From the NCBI GenBank assembly GCA_964564865.1, contig CAZMDA010000010.1, positions 10,360-74,359 on the forward strand: a stretch of 64,000 nt of DNA, written 5' to 3'. This stretch comes from an uncultured Bordetella sp. (GTDB lineage: Bacteria > Pseudomonadota > Gammaproteobacteria > Burkholderiales > SG8-39). The position numbers and the translations under genes are program-made. Positions 18,929-27,672 of the stretch are shown piece by piece (the stretch's first letter is position 1; each line of letters begins with the position of its first letter). The notes beneath the pieces are model-generated. The model saw only the letters and a list, made by a program, of their open reading frames with translations. It was not told where the DNA came from and searched no databases.

Positions 18929-19862
18929 AGCCGGCGTCAAGGAAAAGGGCGAGAAGAAGACCGCCCGAATCCCCATCAAGATCGTGCCGAAGGAGAAGCT
19001 CGCGCGGCCGGACTGGATCCGGGTGCGCGCGCCGGGCGCCGATTCCCGCTTCCACGACGTGAAGCGCATCCTGCGCGAGCAGAAGCTGCACACCGTGTGC
19101 GAGGAAGCCTCCTGCCCGAACATCGGCGAGTGCTTCGGCAAGGGCACCGCGACCTTCATGATCCTCGGGGACATCTGCACCCGGCGCTGCCCGTTCTGCG
19201 ACGTCGCCCACGGCCGGCCGCTGCCGCCGGACGCCGAGGAACCCGCGCACCTCGCCGACACCATCGCCCGCCTGGAGCTCGCCTACGTGGTGGTCACCAG
19301 CGTGGACCGCGACGACCTGAAGGACGGCGGCGCGCAGCATTTCGTGGATTGCATCCGCGCGGTGCGCGAGCGCTCGCCGGGCACCACGCTCGAAGTGCTG
19401 GTGCCGGATTTCCGCGGCCGGCTGGAGCGGGCGCTGGAAGTGCTGTCCGCGGCGCCGCCCGACGTCATGAACCACAACCTGGAAACCGTGCCGCGCCTGT
19501 ACCGCGCCGCGCGGCCGGGCGGCGACTACGCGCATTCGCTCGCGCTGCTGCGGGAGTTCAAGGCCCGCTTTCCGCAGGTGCCGACCAAGTCCGGGCTGAT
19601 GGTGGGGCTCGGTGAAACCGACGAGGAGATCCTCGCCGTGATGCGCGACCTGCGCGCGCACGGCGTCGAGATGCTCACCATCGGCCAGTACCTCGCCCCG
19701 TCGGCGCACCACCTGCCGGTGGAGCGCTACGTGCACCCGGACACCTTCGCCATGTTCGAGCGCGAGGCCGTGGCGATGGGCTTTCGCCACGCCGCCATCG
19801 GGCCGCTGGTGCGTTCGTCGTACCATGCCGACCAGCAGGCCCACGCCGCCGGCGTGGAATGA
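18921..19862 (+). CDS. lipA: lipoyl synthase (radical SAM)
   Basis: [12 protein letters not shown] auxiliary cluster and CTRRCPFC radical-SAM cluster motifs. Confidence 0.95.
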   Translation: MREAGVKEKGEKKTARIPIKIVPKEKLARPDWIRVRAPGADSRFHDVKRILREQKLHTVCEEASCPNIGECFGKGTATFMILGDICTRRCPFCDVAHGRPLPPDAEEPAHLADTIARLELAYVVVTSVDRDDLKDGGAQHFVDCIRAVRERSPGTTLEVLVPDFRGRLERALEVLSAAPPDVMNHNLETVPRLYRAARPGGDYAHSLALLREFKARFPQVPTKSGLMVGLGETDEEILAVMRDLRAHGVEMLTIGQYLAPSAHHLPVERYVHPDTFAMFEREAVAMGFRHAAIGPLVRSSYHADQQAHAAGVE

Positions 19863-19879
19863 ATCCGGGGAGAACGGCC

Positions 19880-20554
19880 ATGAGACTTGCACTGTTCGGA
19901 CTACTCGCCGCGCTGTCGTTCCCGGCGGCGGCGCAGTTGGAGAGCATCACCAACAAGGACGCCACCTCCGGCCTGCGCGCGGCGCTGGAGAAGGGCGCGG
20001 TGGCCGCAGTCTCGGTGCTGGGCAAGACCGACGGCTTCTTCGGCAACGACAAGGTGAAGATCCCGCTGCCGGAGTCGCTCAAGCGCTACGAGAAGCTGAT
20101 GCGCGGCGTCGGCATGGGCAAGTACGCCGACGAGCTGGTGCTCACCATGAACCGGGCCGCCGAGGCGGCGGTGCCCGAGGCGCAGAAGCTGCTGGTGGAC
20201 GCGGTGAAGAAGATGTCGGTGCAGGACGCCAAGGGCATCCTCACCGGCGGCGACACCGCCGGCACCGAGTACTTCAAGCGCACCACCTCCGATCCGCTGC
20301 GCGCGCGCTTCCTGCCGATCGTGCAGGCGGCGACGAAGAAGGTGAAGCTGGCCGAGAAGTACAACCAGTACGCCGAGAAGGGCGCGAAGTTCGGCCTGGT
20401 GAGCAAGGAGCACGCCAACCTGGACAGCTACGTCACGCAGAAGGCGCTGGACGGGCTGTTCCTGATGGTGGCCGAAGAGGAGAAGAAGATCCGCCAGGAT
20501 CCGGTCAAGGCGGGCAGCGACATCATCCGCAAGGTGTTCGGGGCGTTGAAGTAG
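19880..20554 (+). CDS. DUF4197-family secreted protein
   Basis: Signal peptide MRLALFGLLAALSFPAAAQ. Lys/Ala-rich helical body as in DUF4197 proteins. SD-like GGGGAGAA upstream of the ATG at 19880. Confidence 0.75.
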   Translation: MRLALFGLLAALSFPAAAQLESITNKDATSGLRAALEKGAVAAVSVLGKTDGFFGNDKVKIPLPESLKRYEKLMRGVGMGKYADELVLTMNRAAEAAVPEAQKLLVDAVKKMSVQDAKGILTGGDTAGTEYFKRTTSDPLRARFLPIVQAATKKVKLAEKYNQYAEKGAKFGLVSKEHANLDSYVTQKALDGLFLMVAEEEKKIRQDPVKAGSDIIRKVFGALK

Positions 20555-20573
20555 TCAACCAAGGGAGAGAATC

Positions 20574-20891
20574 ATGAAACTGCTCATGGCGGTCGTATGC
20601 GGCATGGCCCTGGCGGTCTCCGCGCAGGCGCAGGACAAGAAGAAGGAACCGAGCGAGAAGCAGAAGGCGCAGCAGGAGCGCATGAAGGCCTGCAACGAGA
20701 AGATGGGCGAGAGGAAGGGCGACGAGCGCAAGAAGGCGATGAGCGCCTGCCTGAAGGGCGAGGACATCGGCGCCTCGGACAAGCAGAAGGCGCAGCAGAA
20801 CCGCATGAAGGACTGCAACAAGCAGGCCGGCGACAAGAAGCTGAAGGGCGACGAGCGCAAGGCCTTCATGAGCAGCTGCCTGAAAGGCTAG
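20574..20891 (+). CDS. psiF: PsiF-family protein (two internal PsiF repeats)
   Basis: Signal peptide followed by two copies of KQKAQQxRMKxCNxxxG...GDERKxxMSxCLKG. Confidence 0.8.
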   Translation: MKLLMAVVCGMALAVSAQAQDKKKEPSEKQKAQQERMKACNEKMGERKGDERKKAMSACLKGEDIGASDKQKAQQNRMKDCNKQAGDKKLKGDERKAFMSSCLKG

Positions 20892-20897
20892 GGCAGG

Positions 20898-20935
20898 GCG
20901 CCGGGCGGGCCCCGATGTAACCGATCGGTTACATC
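20898..20935. repeat. 38-nt repeat, copy A (GCGCCGGGCGGGCCCC + 22-nt perfect palindrome GATGTAACCGATCGGTTACATC)
   Basis: Identical 38-mer recurs at 27626-27663 in the same orientation. The palindrome spans 20914-20935. It sits between convergent psiF and LysR genes and overlaps the last codon and stop of the LysR gene. Confidence 0.9.
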
Positions 20936-22158
20936 CGGCGGCGCACGCCGCGGAGTTCCTCGATCAGCAGCTGGGCCCCCGGCGAGGCGAGTTCCGTGGT
21001 CCGGCGCAGGATGCCGATGGGACGCTCGGTGCCGGGCAGGCGGATGGGCAGGCTCGCCAGGGCGCCGGAATTCAGTTCGTGCTGGAACAGGTGGCGCGAC
21101 GCCGCCGAGACCATGTCGGTCTCCAGCAGCAGCCCGCGGATGATGGACAGGTCGGCCGACTCGACCGCCACCGCCGGCACCGCGAGCCCGCGCGCGGCAA
21201 GGGCGGACTCCAGGACATCGCGTGTCGGCGTGCCCCGCTGCGGCAGCACCCAGGTGGCGCGCAGGACCTGCTCCAGCCTGGGCCGCCTTGTCCTCGCCAG
21301 CGGATGCCCCGCGCGGGCGAGGACCACCATCGGCTCCCGGAGCAGTTCCTCGCGCACCAGGTCGTCGCCCCGGCGCGCCGCCGGCAGCGCGCCCACGAGG
21401 AAATCCACGTCGCCGACGCGAAGCGAGCCCACCAGTCGTTCCAGCGGCGCCTCCACCGTGCGCACCCTCAGGCGCGGATGCCGGGCCAGCACGCGGCCGA
21501 TGGCCACCGGCAGCAGGTAGGGGCGGCCGAAGGGCAGGGCACCCACCACGACCTGGCCCTCGATCAGGCCCTTGCCCGCTGCAATCTCCGACAGGGCGAG
21601 CCGCAGCTGCAGCAGGGCGCGCTTGACGCGCAGCATCAGCAGTTCCCCGGTCTCGTTGAGGCAGATGCCGGAACGCGCGCGATCGAACAGCGCCACGCCG
21701 AATCCATCCTCGAGCTCGCGCAGCGCCATGCTCACCGCCGGCTGCGACAGGCCGACCTGCGCCGCGGCGTCGCTGACGTGGCGCCGCTCCGCGAAGGCGA
21801 GCAGGATCTCGAGCCGGCGTTCGTGCACCGCCAGCGTGAACATGGGCGCGGCCCGCAGGCGTTCGGCGGCATCCGGATGGCGGCGGCACAATTCGTCCCG
21901 CGCGATCGCCAGTTCCGAGAACGCCTGCTCGGCGCGGCGCCGCAGCACCTGGCCGGCGTCCGTGAGCCGCCAGCCTCCGGCCTCGCGCTCGAACAGGCGC
22001 GTATCCAGGGACGATTCCAGTTCCCGGAGCGAACGCGAGACGGCGGACTGGGCGCGGAAGATCTGTTCGGAAGCGCGCCCGAGGCTGCCGCCGCGAACGA
22101 TGGCGAGGAACGCGCGCAGGTGCTTGGTGTGCAGCAGGGCGCGGGGCGAAGCAGACAT
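20929..22158 (-). CDS. LysR-type transcriptional regulator with two tandem N-terminal HTH domains
   Basis: HTH-1: HLRAFLAIVRGGSLGRASEQIFRAQSAVSRSLRELESSLDTRLFER. HTH-2: LEILLAFAERRHVSDAAAQVGLSQPAVSMALRELEDGFGVALFDR. A LysR substrate-binding domain follows. Start set at the ATG at 22156-22158. Confidence 0.85.
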   Translation of the reverse strand: MSASPRALLHTKHLRAFLAIVRGGSLGRASEQIFRAQSAVSRSLRELESSLDTRLFEREAGGWRLTDAGQVLRRRAEQAFSELAIARDELCRRHPDAAERLRAAPMFTLAVHERRLEILLAFAERRHVSDAAAQVGLSQPAVSMALRELEDGFGVALFDRARSGICLNETGELLMLRVKRALLQLRLALSEIAAGKGLIEGQVVVGALPFGRPYLLPVAIGRVLARHPRLRVRTVEAPLERLVGSLRVGDVDFLVGALPAARRGDDLVREELLREPMVVLARAGHPLARTRRPRLEQVLRATWVLPQRGTPTRDVLESALAARGLAVPAVAVESADLSIIRGLLLETDMVSAASRHLFQHELNSGALASLPIRLPGTERPIGILRRTTELASPGAQLLIEELRGVRRRM

Positions 22159-22177
22159 CGCCCCTATCTTGGGCCTT

Positions 22178-22837
22178 TCAGGACGCGCTGTCGACGCGCT
22201 CCGCGGCACCCCGCAGCAGGGGGATGAGCTCCGCGGCAGGCATCACGGTTCCGATGTTGACCCTGACCGTGGACAGCGTCCCCTCGTGGCCGGCGCGGTT
22301 GCTGCTGCCGACGCAATCTTCCGCGACCACGATGTTGTAGCCGAGGAAGAAGCCCTCGCGCAGCGTGGAGTCCACGCAGACGTTGGTGGCGACGCCGGCC
22401 ATGACGAGCGTCCGGATGCCTCGAGCCTGCAGCCGCGGGTGCAGGTCGGTGCCGTGGAATCCGCTGAACGTGTGCTTGTCGACGACCAGGTCGCCGGGCG
22501 CGGGGTGGATGCGGAAGAACTCCGCGCCCCAGGTGCCCTCGTTGCACAGGCCTTCCTGGCCGCCGCGCTTGGCGATGTGGGCCTCCGCGAGGTACTTGAA
22601 GTCGTAGATGGAGCGCAGCCAGACGACAAGGGCGCCGGCGGCGCGGGCCGCCGCGGCAAGGGCGTCGATGTTGGCCGCTACGCGGAGGTTGTCGTCCGCG
22701 CGGATCTCGGGTCCGCCGGACCCCGCGCGCGCCCGATGCAGGAATCCGCCTTCGGCGCAGAAGTCGTTCTGCATGTCCACGACCAGCAGCGCGGTGTGGG
22801 CCGGCTGCAGCTGCTCCTGCACGGTGCGCAGCATCAT
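22178..22837 (-). CDS. isochorismatase-family cysteine hydrolase (amidase-type)
   Basis: D-K-C triad contexts: LLVVDMQNDF, VVDKHTFSGF, AGVATNVCVDST. The ATG pair at 22832-22837 overlaps the stop of the upstream dioxygenase gene. Confidence 0.85.
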   Translation of the reverse strand: MMLRTVQEQLQPAHTALLVVDMQNDFCAEGGFLHRARAGSGGPEIRADDNLRVAANIDALAAAARAAGALVVWLRSIYDFKYLAEAHIAKRGGQEGLCNEGTWGAEFFRIHPAPGDLVVDKHTFSGFHGTDLHPRLQARGIRTLVMAGVATNVCVDSTLREGFFLGYNIVVAEDCVGSSNRAGHEGTLSTVRVNIGTVMPAAELIPLLRGAAERVDSAS

Positions 22838-23367
22838 GGCGCCGGCGCCACCGTGCCGCAGGCCTTGCAGGTGCGGAACTCGAGCGAGCCGAAGAAATTG
22901 TCGTAGGCGCGCGAGACCGGGTCGGCGCCGTAGTCGCTGACGACGAAGGTCTCCTCGTGCAGCAACCGGTCGCAGGACGGGCAGAACCAGTGGAAGCGGT
23001 CGATCTCGCCCGGGCGGCGCTTGCGTTCGACCACCAGCTGGAACGCATCGGGTGCGAAGCGCGGCGAGTGCGGCACCATCGGCGGCTGGTACAGGCAGTG
23101 CCCCTCGGGCACCACCGAGACCTTCTCGACGCCTTCGGGCGTGCGCCAGTGCAGCCGCAGCTCGCCCTTGATCGAGTACTGCAGCTCGTGGCTCGGGTTG
23201 AGGTGGAACTCGCTGCGGTACTCGCGCCCGCGCGCGACGAAGCACAGGCACTCGTCCTCCTGCCACAGCGGGTAGGTGCGCCGCTCGGTGTTGTGCGTCA
23301 GGTGGTCCATGATGGCCTGCAGGTCGATCTGCGGCAGGGCGAGCTGCAGGCTCGGGAAGGTCTTCAT
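22834..23367 (-). CDS. 3-hydroxyanthranilate 3,4-dioxygenase-like cupin dioxygenase
   Basis: 2-His-1-Glu spacing as in HAO (FHLNPSHE ... PPMVPHSP). Arg four residues before the first His. LVVERKR. C-terminal rubredoxin-like CxxC...CxxC (CPSC, CKAC). ATG at 23365-23367. Confidence 0.85.
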   Translation of the reverse strand: MKTFPSLQLALPQIDLQAIMDHLTHNTERRTYPLWQEDECLCFVARGREYRSEFHLNPSHELQYSIKGELRLHWRTPEGVEKVSVVPEGHCLYQPPMVPHSPRFAPDAFQLVVERKRRPGEIDRFHWFCPSCDRLLHEETFVVSDYGADPVSRAYDNFFGSLEFRTCKACGTVAPAP

Positions 23368-23387
23368 CGGCGCGGTTCCTCGGGGAG

Positions 23388-24896
23388 TCAGGTCCTGGTC
23401 ATGGCGGGCGGCGGCTCGAACGCCCGGTAGTGCCGCTCCATCAGCTCGGCGAAGGCGATGCAGGTGAGGTCGCCGTACTGCGGTCCGATCGCCTGCATGC
23501 CGATCGGCAGTCCCGCCCCGGACAGGCCCACGGGCATCACCGTGACCGGGAGGTGGGCGATGCCGGCCAGGCCCGCCCAGAATCCCTGCTCGATGGAGGG
23601 CCGGGGCCTGCCGTTCACGTTGACCAGGCGCGCGTGCCGCGGCTGGCTGTGGTCGTGCCGGAACGCGGTGGTGGACGCGGGCGGGCACAGCAGCAGGTCC
23701 CATTCCGAGAAGAAGCGTTCCCACGCCAGCTGCATGAAGAAGCGCCGGTCATGCGCGATCAGCCATTCGCGGTGGTAGGCCGCGACGCCGCGGGCGTGCC
23801 GCGCGGGATAGCTGTCGTCGGACGGGTCCAGCTCCGCGCGCTGGCGCAGGGCGCTGTCGAAGTCCGCCTTGGGCATCTTGCCGCTGGTCGCGCCGCGGAT
23901 CAGGGTGACCGAATCGCGCGCGACGTCCTCCAGGTCGATCCCGGGCCGGGCCGCGGCGTCCACCTGCGCGCCCTGCGCGCGCAGGAACGCGGCCACCGCA
24001 TCCAGCGCGGCGCGCACTTCCGCGTCCACCTCGGCCTGCGGCGCGTCGGCCATCACGGCGACGCGGAACTCGCGCAGGCTGCGCTTGCCGCAGGCGGGCA
24101 GGGCGAGCTTCCAGCCGCGCGCCATGGCGCCGTGCGGCCCGGCGGTGAGCTCGAGCGCGAGCCGGAGGTCCGCGGCGCTGCGCGCCATGGGACCGCACAC
24201 CGAGACGTCGGTGGGCGCGTTGGGCGCGACGCCGTGGCCGGCGACCGGCACGATGCCGTAGGTGGGCTTGTGGCAGTAGATCCCGCAGAAATGCGCGGGG
24301 ATGCGCAGCGAGCCGCCGATGTCGCTGCCGAACTCCAGGCCCGCCAGCCCGGCGGCGAGCGCCGCGGCCGAGCCGCCCGAGGAGCCGCCGGGCGTGTGCT
24401 CCGTGTTCCACGGGTTGGAAGAGACGCCGTAGACCTCGTTGAACGACTGCCAGTCGGCCAGGAACAGGGGCACGTTGGTCTTGCCGAAGACGATGGCGCC
24501 CGCGCGCTGCAGGCGCTGCACCGCCTCCGCCGTGGACCGGGCGATGTTGCCGCGCTGCGCAGGCGAGCCCCAGGTCGTCGCCGCGCCCTCGAGGTCGAAG
24601 GACTCCTTCACGGTCATGGGCACGCCGTGCAGCGGGCCGAGCGGCTCGCCGCGCGCCGTCGCGGCGTCGGCGGCGTCGGCCAGGGCCCGCGCCCTGTCTG
24701 CCTGGAGCACGACGACGGCGTTCAGCGCCGGGTTCAGCGCCTCGACCCGGGCGAGGTACATCTCCAGCAGGTCGCGGCTGGAGGCGCGCCGCTCGCGGAT
24801 GGCCGCGGCGAGCGCGACCGCCGGGGCGAAGGCAAGGCCGGCGCTCAGGTGGCCACCCCGTGCACCCAGCGCCCGCCCACCATGGTTGCGCGGCAC
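23388..24896 (-). CDS. amidase-signature (AS) family amidase
   Basis: [14 protein letters not shown] and GSDIGGSLRIPA motifs, with the Lys in PMTVKE. There is no in-frame ATG upstream of the conserved N-terminus. Start provisionally assigned to the GTG at 24894-24896, which overlaps the upstream gene; start confidence is low. Confidence 0.8.
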   Translation of the reverse strand: MPRNHGGRALGARGGHLSAGLAFAPAVALAAAIRERRASSRDLLEMYLARVEALNPALNAVVVLQADRARALADAADAATARGEPLGPLHGVPMTVKESFDLEGAATTWGSPAQRGNIARSTAEAVQRLQRAGAIVFGKTNVPLFLADWQSFNEVYGVSSNPWNTEHTPGGSSGGSAAALAAGLAGLEFGSDIGGSLRIPAHFCGIYCHKPTYGIVPVAGHGVAPNAPTDVSVCGPMARSAADLRLALELTAGPHGAMARGWKLALPACGKRSLREFRVAVMADAPQAEVDAEVRAALDAVAAFLRAQGAQVDAAARPGIDLEDVARDSVTLIRGATSGKMPKADFDSALRQRAELDPSDDSYPARHARGVAAYHREWLIAHDRRFFMQLAWERFFSEWDLLLCPPASTTAFRHDHSQPRHARLVNVNGRPRPSIEQGFWAGLAGIAHLPVTVMPVGLSGAGLPIGMQAIGPQYGDLTCIAFAELMERHYRAFEPPPAMTRT

Positions 24897-26524
24897 TTCA
24901 GCTCGAGCAGCGCGTCGCCCTGCAGCGCGAGCGGGTCGCCCGCCAGCACCGCGATGTCCGCGTAGTGACCGGGGACGAGCTGGCCCTTCACGTCCTCCTC
25001 GAACGACAGGTAGGCGCCCGCGCGCGTCAGCAGGCGCAGCCCCACCTCGTTGGAGACGAGGCCGCCCTTGCCCATGACGCGGCCGGTCCGGCGCTCCTTG
25101 CGCGTGGTCATGGCCCACAGGCAAAAGAGCGGGTTGTAGGGCACCGCGTCGGTGCCGGCGGAGACGGGCACGCCCATCTCGTGCAGCTGGCGCGCGGGCG
25201 AGAGGAGGTCCAGTTCCTCGTCGCCCAGGTTCATGAACGGGGTGCCGTGCTTCCAGAGGTACTGGCCCGGGATCAGCGTTACCGGCACGCCGGCCGCGCG
25301 GATCGCGCGCAGGCCCTCGGGCGTGGCGCGGCTGATGTGCTCCAGCACCCAGCGGCGCTTGCCGATCGGGAAGTGCCGCGCGAGGCGCGTGATCACCGGC
25401 GCCACCACCGCGAGCTTGTCCGAGACGATGGTGTGCACGCGCAGGTCGTGGCGCCCGGCGAGCATGCACAGCGCCTCGAAGCGGTCGGTGGCGTTCGCCT
25501 GCTGCGTGAACCCGGACCAGCTGACGTGCAGCAGGTCCTTCGCCTGCACCGTGGCCACGTTGGGGTCGCCGCCGTGCGCGATGAACAGGCCCGAGACGCG
25601 CAGCCATTCGTCGCCGGTGCCGCGGCCGCGCAGCAGCGGCGACCAGTCGCGCATCGCCGGTTCGGCGTCCTCGAGCGAGCGCCAGCGCGGGCTGACGACC
25701 AGCGAGGTGCGCATGGCCAGGTAGCCGCGCTCTCGCAGCTCGCGGTAGGCCGCGATCACGTCGGGCGCGCTGCCGTGGCCCTCGTAGATGCTGGTGGTGC
25801 CGGCCTGGTGGTACAGCGCCATCGCGCGCAGGATGCCGTCGCGGCGCTGCTCGTAGGTGAAGCGCGGCACCGCAGGCAGCAGGTCGGGCTCGAGCAGGTT
25901 GACGTAGCCCTTCTCGACGAAGACGCCGGTCGGCTCGCCCTGCGCGTCCTTCTCGATCACCGTGGCGGGCGAGGTGGGGCGGGTGTTGCGGTCGATGCCG
26001 TTCAGCTGCAGCGCGCGCGAGTTCAGCGCCGCGTGGCAGGGCGGTTCGCCCCAGTAGCCGCCGGGGCTCGGGATGTAGACCGGGTGCTCGGGCGCGGCTG
26101 CGTCCAGTTCGTGCCGGTTGGGCAGGCGGCCCTCGGCCAGCGTGGCGGGCGCATCGAAGTAGTACGGCGGCTCGCCGACCGGCATGGTCGCGATCCACTC
26201 GCCCTTCGGCGTGCGCTGCGCGAGCGCGCGGATCCGTTCCTGCACCTCGGCGATGCTGCGGGCGCCCTCCAGCGACGGCCGCACCAGGCGCGCGCCGATC
26301 GCGTCCATGTGCGCGTGGGTGTCGTTGAAGCCGGGGATCAGGGTGCAGCCGGGAAAGTCGCGCACCACGGTCCCGGGGCCGCGGGTCTCCATCATCGCCT
26401 GCCGGCTGCCCGTGGCGAGGATGCGGCCGCCGGCGACGGCCAGCGCCTCGGCGCGGGTGCCGGCGTCGTCCAGCGCGAGGACGTTGCCGACGAGGATCTC
26501 GTCGGCCCGCACCGCCGGGGTCAT
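24845..26524 (-). CDS. metal-dependent amidohydrolase (Amidohydro_3 / YtcJ-like)
   Basis: N-terminal GFNDTHAHM metal motif and C-terminal VSAGTDAVP. The ATG at 26522-26524 overlaps the stop of the upstream TctC gene (ATGA). Confidence 0.85.
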   Translation of the reverse strand: MTPAVRADEILVGNVLALDDAGTRAEALAVAGGRILATGSRQAMMETRGPGTVVRDFPGCTLIPGFNDTHAHMDAIGARLVRPSLEGARSIAEVQERIRALAQRTPKGEWIATMPVGEPPYYFDAPATLAEGRLPNRHELDAAAPEHPVYIPSPGGYWGEPPCHAALNSRALQLNGIDRNTRPTSPATVIEKDAQGEPTGVFVEKGYVNLLEPDLLPAVPRFTYEQRRDGILRAMALYHQAGTTSIYEGHGSAPDVIAAYRELRERGYLAMRTSLVVSPRWRSLEDAEPAMRDWSPLLRGRGTGDEWLRVSGLFIAHGGDPNVATVQAKDLLHVSWSGFTQQANATDRFEALCMLAGRHDLRVHTIVSDKLAVVAPVITRLARHFPIGKRRWVLEHISRATPEGLRAIRAAGVPVTLIPGQYLWKHGTPFMNLGDEELDLLSPARQLHEMGVPVSAGTDAVPYNPLFCLWAMTTRKERRTGRVMGKGGLVSNEVGLRLLTRAGAYLSFEEDVKGQLVPGHYADIAVLAGDPLALQGDALLELKCRATMVGGRWVHGVAT

Positions 26525-27504
26525 TGCTTCTCGCCGACCCTCTTGACCACGGCGTCCCAGTAGCCCAGGTCGCGCTGGACGATGCTGGCGAACTCGGCCG
26601 GCGGCAGGCCGGTCGGCGTCAGCGACATTTCCTTCAGCCGGGATTCCACGTCCGGCATCTTGAGCACCGCGAGGATGTCGGCGAAGACCTTGTCCACGAT
26701 CGCCTTGGGCGTGCCCGCCGGCGCGAACATGCCGAACCAGCCGACGACGTCGAGGTCGGTGAAGCCCAGTTCGCGGAAGCTCGGCACATCGGGGAGCAGC
26801 GTCGAGCGCGGGCCGGCCACCGCCAGCGCGCGCAGGGCGCCCGCGGCGATCTGCGGCCGCGCGGTGGCGATGGTCGCGAAGCCGCCGGAGATGGTGCCCG
26901 CGACGATGTCGGTGACCAGCGGCGAATCGCCCTTGAACGGCACGTGCACCATCTCCATGCCGGCGGCCTGGTTCAGCACCGCGCCCAGCAGGTGCAGCGT
27001 CTGGTTCGGGCCGCCCGAGCCGAACGAATGCTTGCGCGGTTCCTTCTTCACCAGCGCGATGTACTCCTGCAGCGTCTTCGCCGGCAGCTTGGGGTTGATC
27101 GCGTACACCACCGGGGCAAGGGTCATGTGCGCCACCGGGGTGAAGTCCTTGACCGGGTCGTACTGCGGGTTCGGGTTGAGCGAGGGCACCACGGTCTGGA
27201 TCAGCGCGGAGTTGGTGAGCAGCAGCGTGTGGCCGTCGGCGAGCGCGGACTTGACGCGCTGCGCGCCCACCAGGCCGCCGGCGCCGGGCCGGTTCTCGAC
27301 CACCACGGGCCGGCCCCAGGCCGGCGAGAGCTTCGCCGAGACGATGCGGCCCAGCGCGTCCATCGAGCCGCCCGGCGCGAAGGGCACGACGATGGTGACG
27401 GGGCGCTGCGGGAAGTCGGGCGCCTGCGCCCGGGCGGCCGGGGCGGCGAGCAGGCCGGAGGCGAGGGCGAGGGCGGCGGCGAGGCGGGACAGGCAATGGC
27501 GCAT
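26521..27504 (-). CDS. Bug/TctC-family periplasmic substrate-binding protein
   Basis: Signal peptide, then FPQRPVTIVVPFAPGGSMDALGRIVSAKL...VENRPGAGG. Start set at the ATG at 27502-27504; the track ORF runs to 27546. Confidence 0.85.
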   Translation of the reverse strand: MRHCLSRLAAALALASGLLAAPAARAQAPDFPQRPVTIVVPFAPGGSMDALGRIVSAKLSPAWGRPVVVENRPGAGGLVGAQRVKSALADGHTLLLTNSALIQTVVPSLNPNPQYDPVKDFTPVAHMTLAPVVYAINPKLPAKTLQEYIALVKKEPRKHSFGSGGPNQTLHLLGAVLNQAAGMEMVHVPFKGDSPLVTDIVAGTISGGFATIATARPQIAAGALRALAVAGPRSTLLPDVPSFRELGFTDLDVVGWFGMFAPAGTPKAIVDKVFADILAVLKMPDVESRLKEMSLTPTGLPPAEFASIVQRDLGYWDAVVKRVGEKQ

Positions 27505-27625
27505 GGCGGGACTCCTGGTGGATAGCCGGGGGGCTTGCGATTTCATTGTAGGAGCCGCGCCGCGGCGCGCCGCCGCAAAAAGCTGACGGCGCCTTCGAAT
27601 TTGCTTATGGCCGGGCGCCGGCGGC

Positions 27626-27663
27626 GCGCCGGGCGGGCCCCGATGTAACCGATCGGTTACATC
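27626..27663. repeat. 38-nt repeat, copy B (identical to 20898-20935)
   Basis: Same 38-mer, same orientation, palindrome at 27642-27663. Located 10 nt past the polA stop and upstream of the TctC gene. Confidence 0.9.
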
Positions 27664-27672
27664 GGGCGGCCC

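Noticed and set aside
20914-20935. The 22-nt palindrome pair as terminal inverted repeats of an IS/transposon or MITE.
   Set aside because: The two copies are direct, not inverted, relative to each other as 38-mers. No transposase or integrase lies between or beside them. Kept only as a repeat/possible insertion scar.
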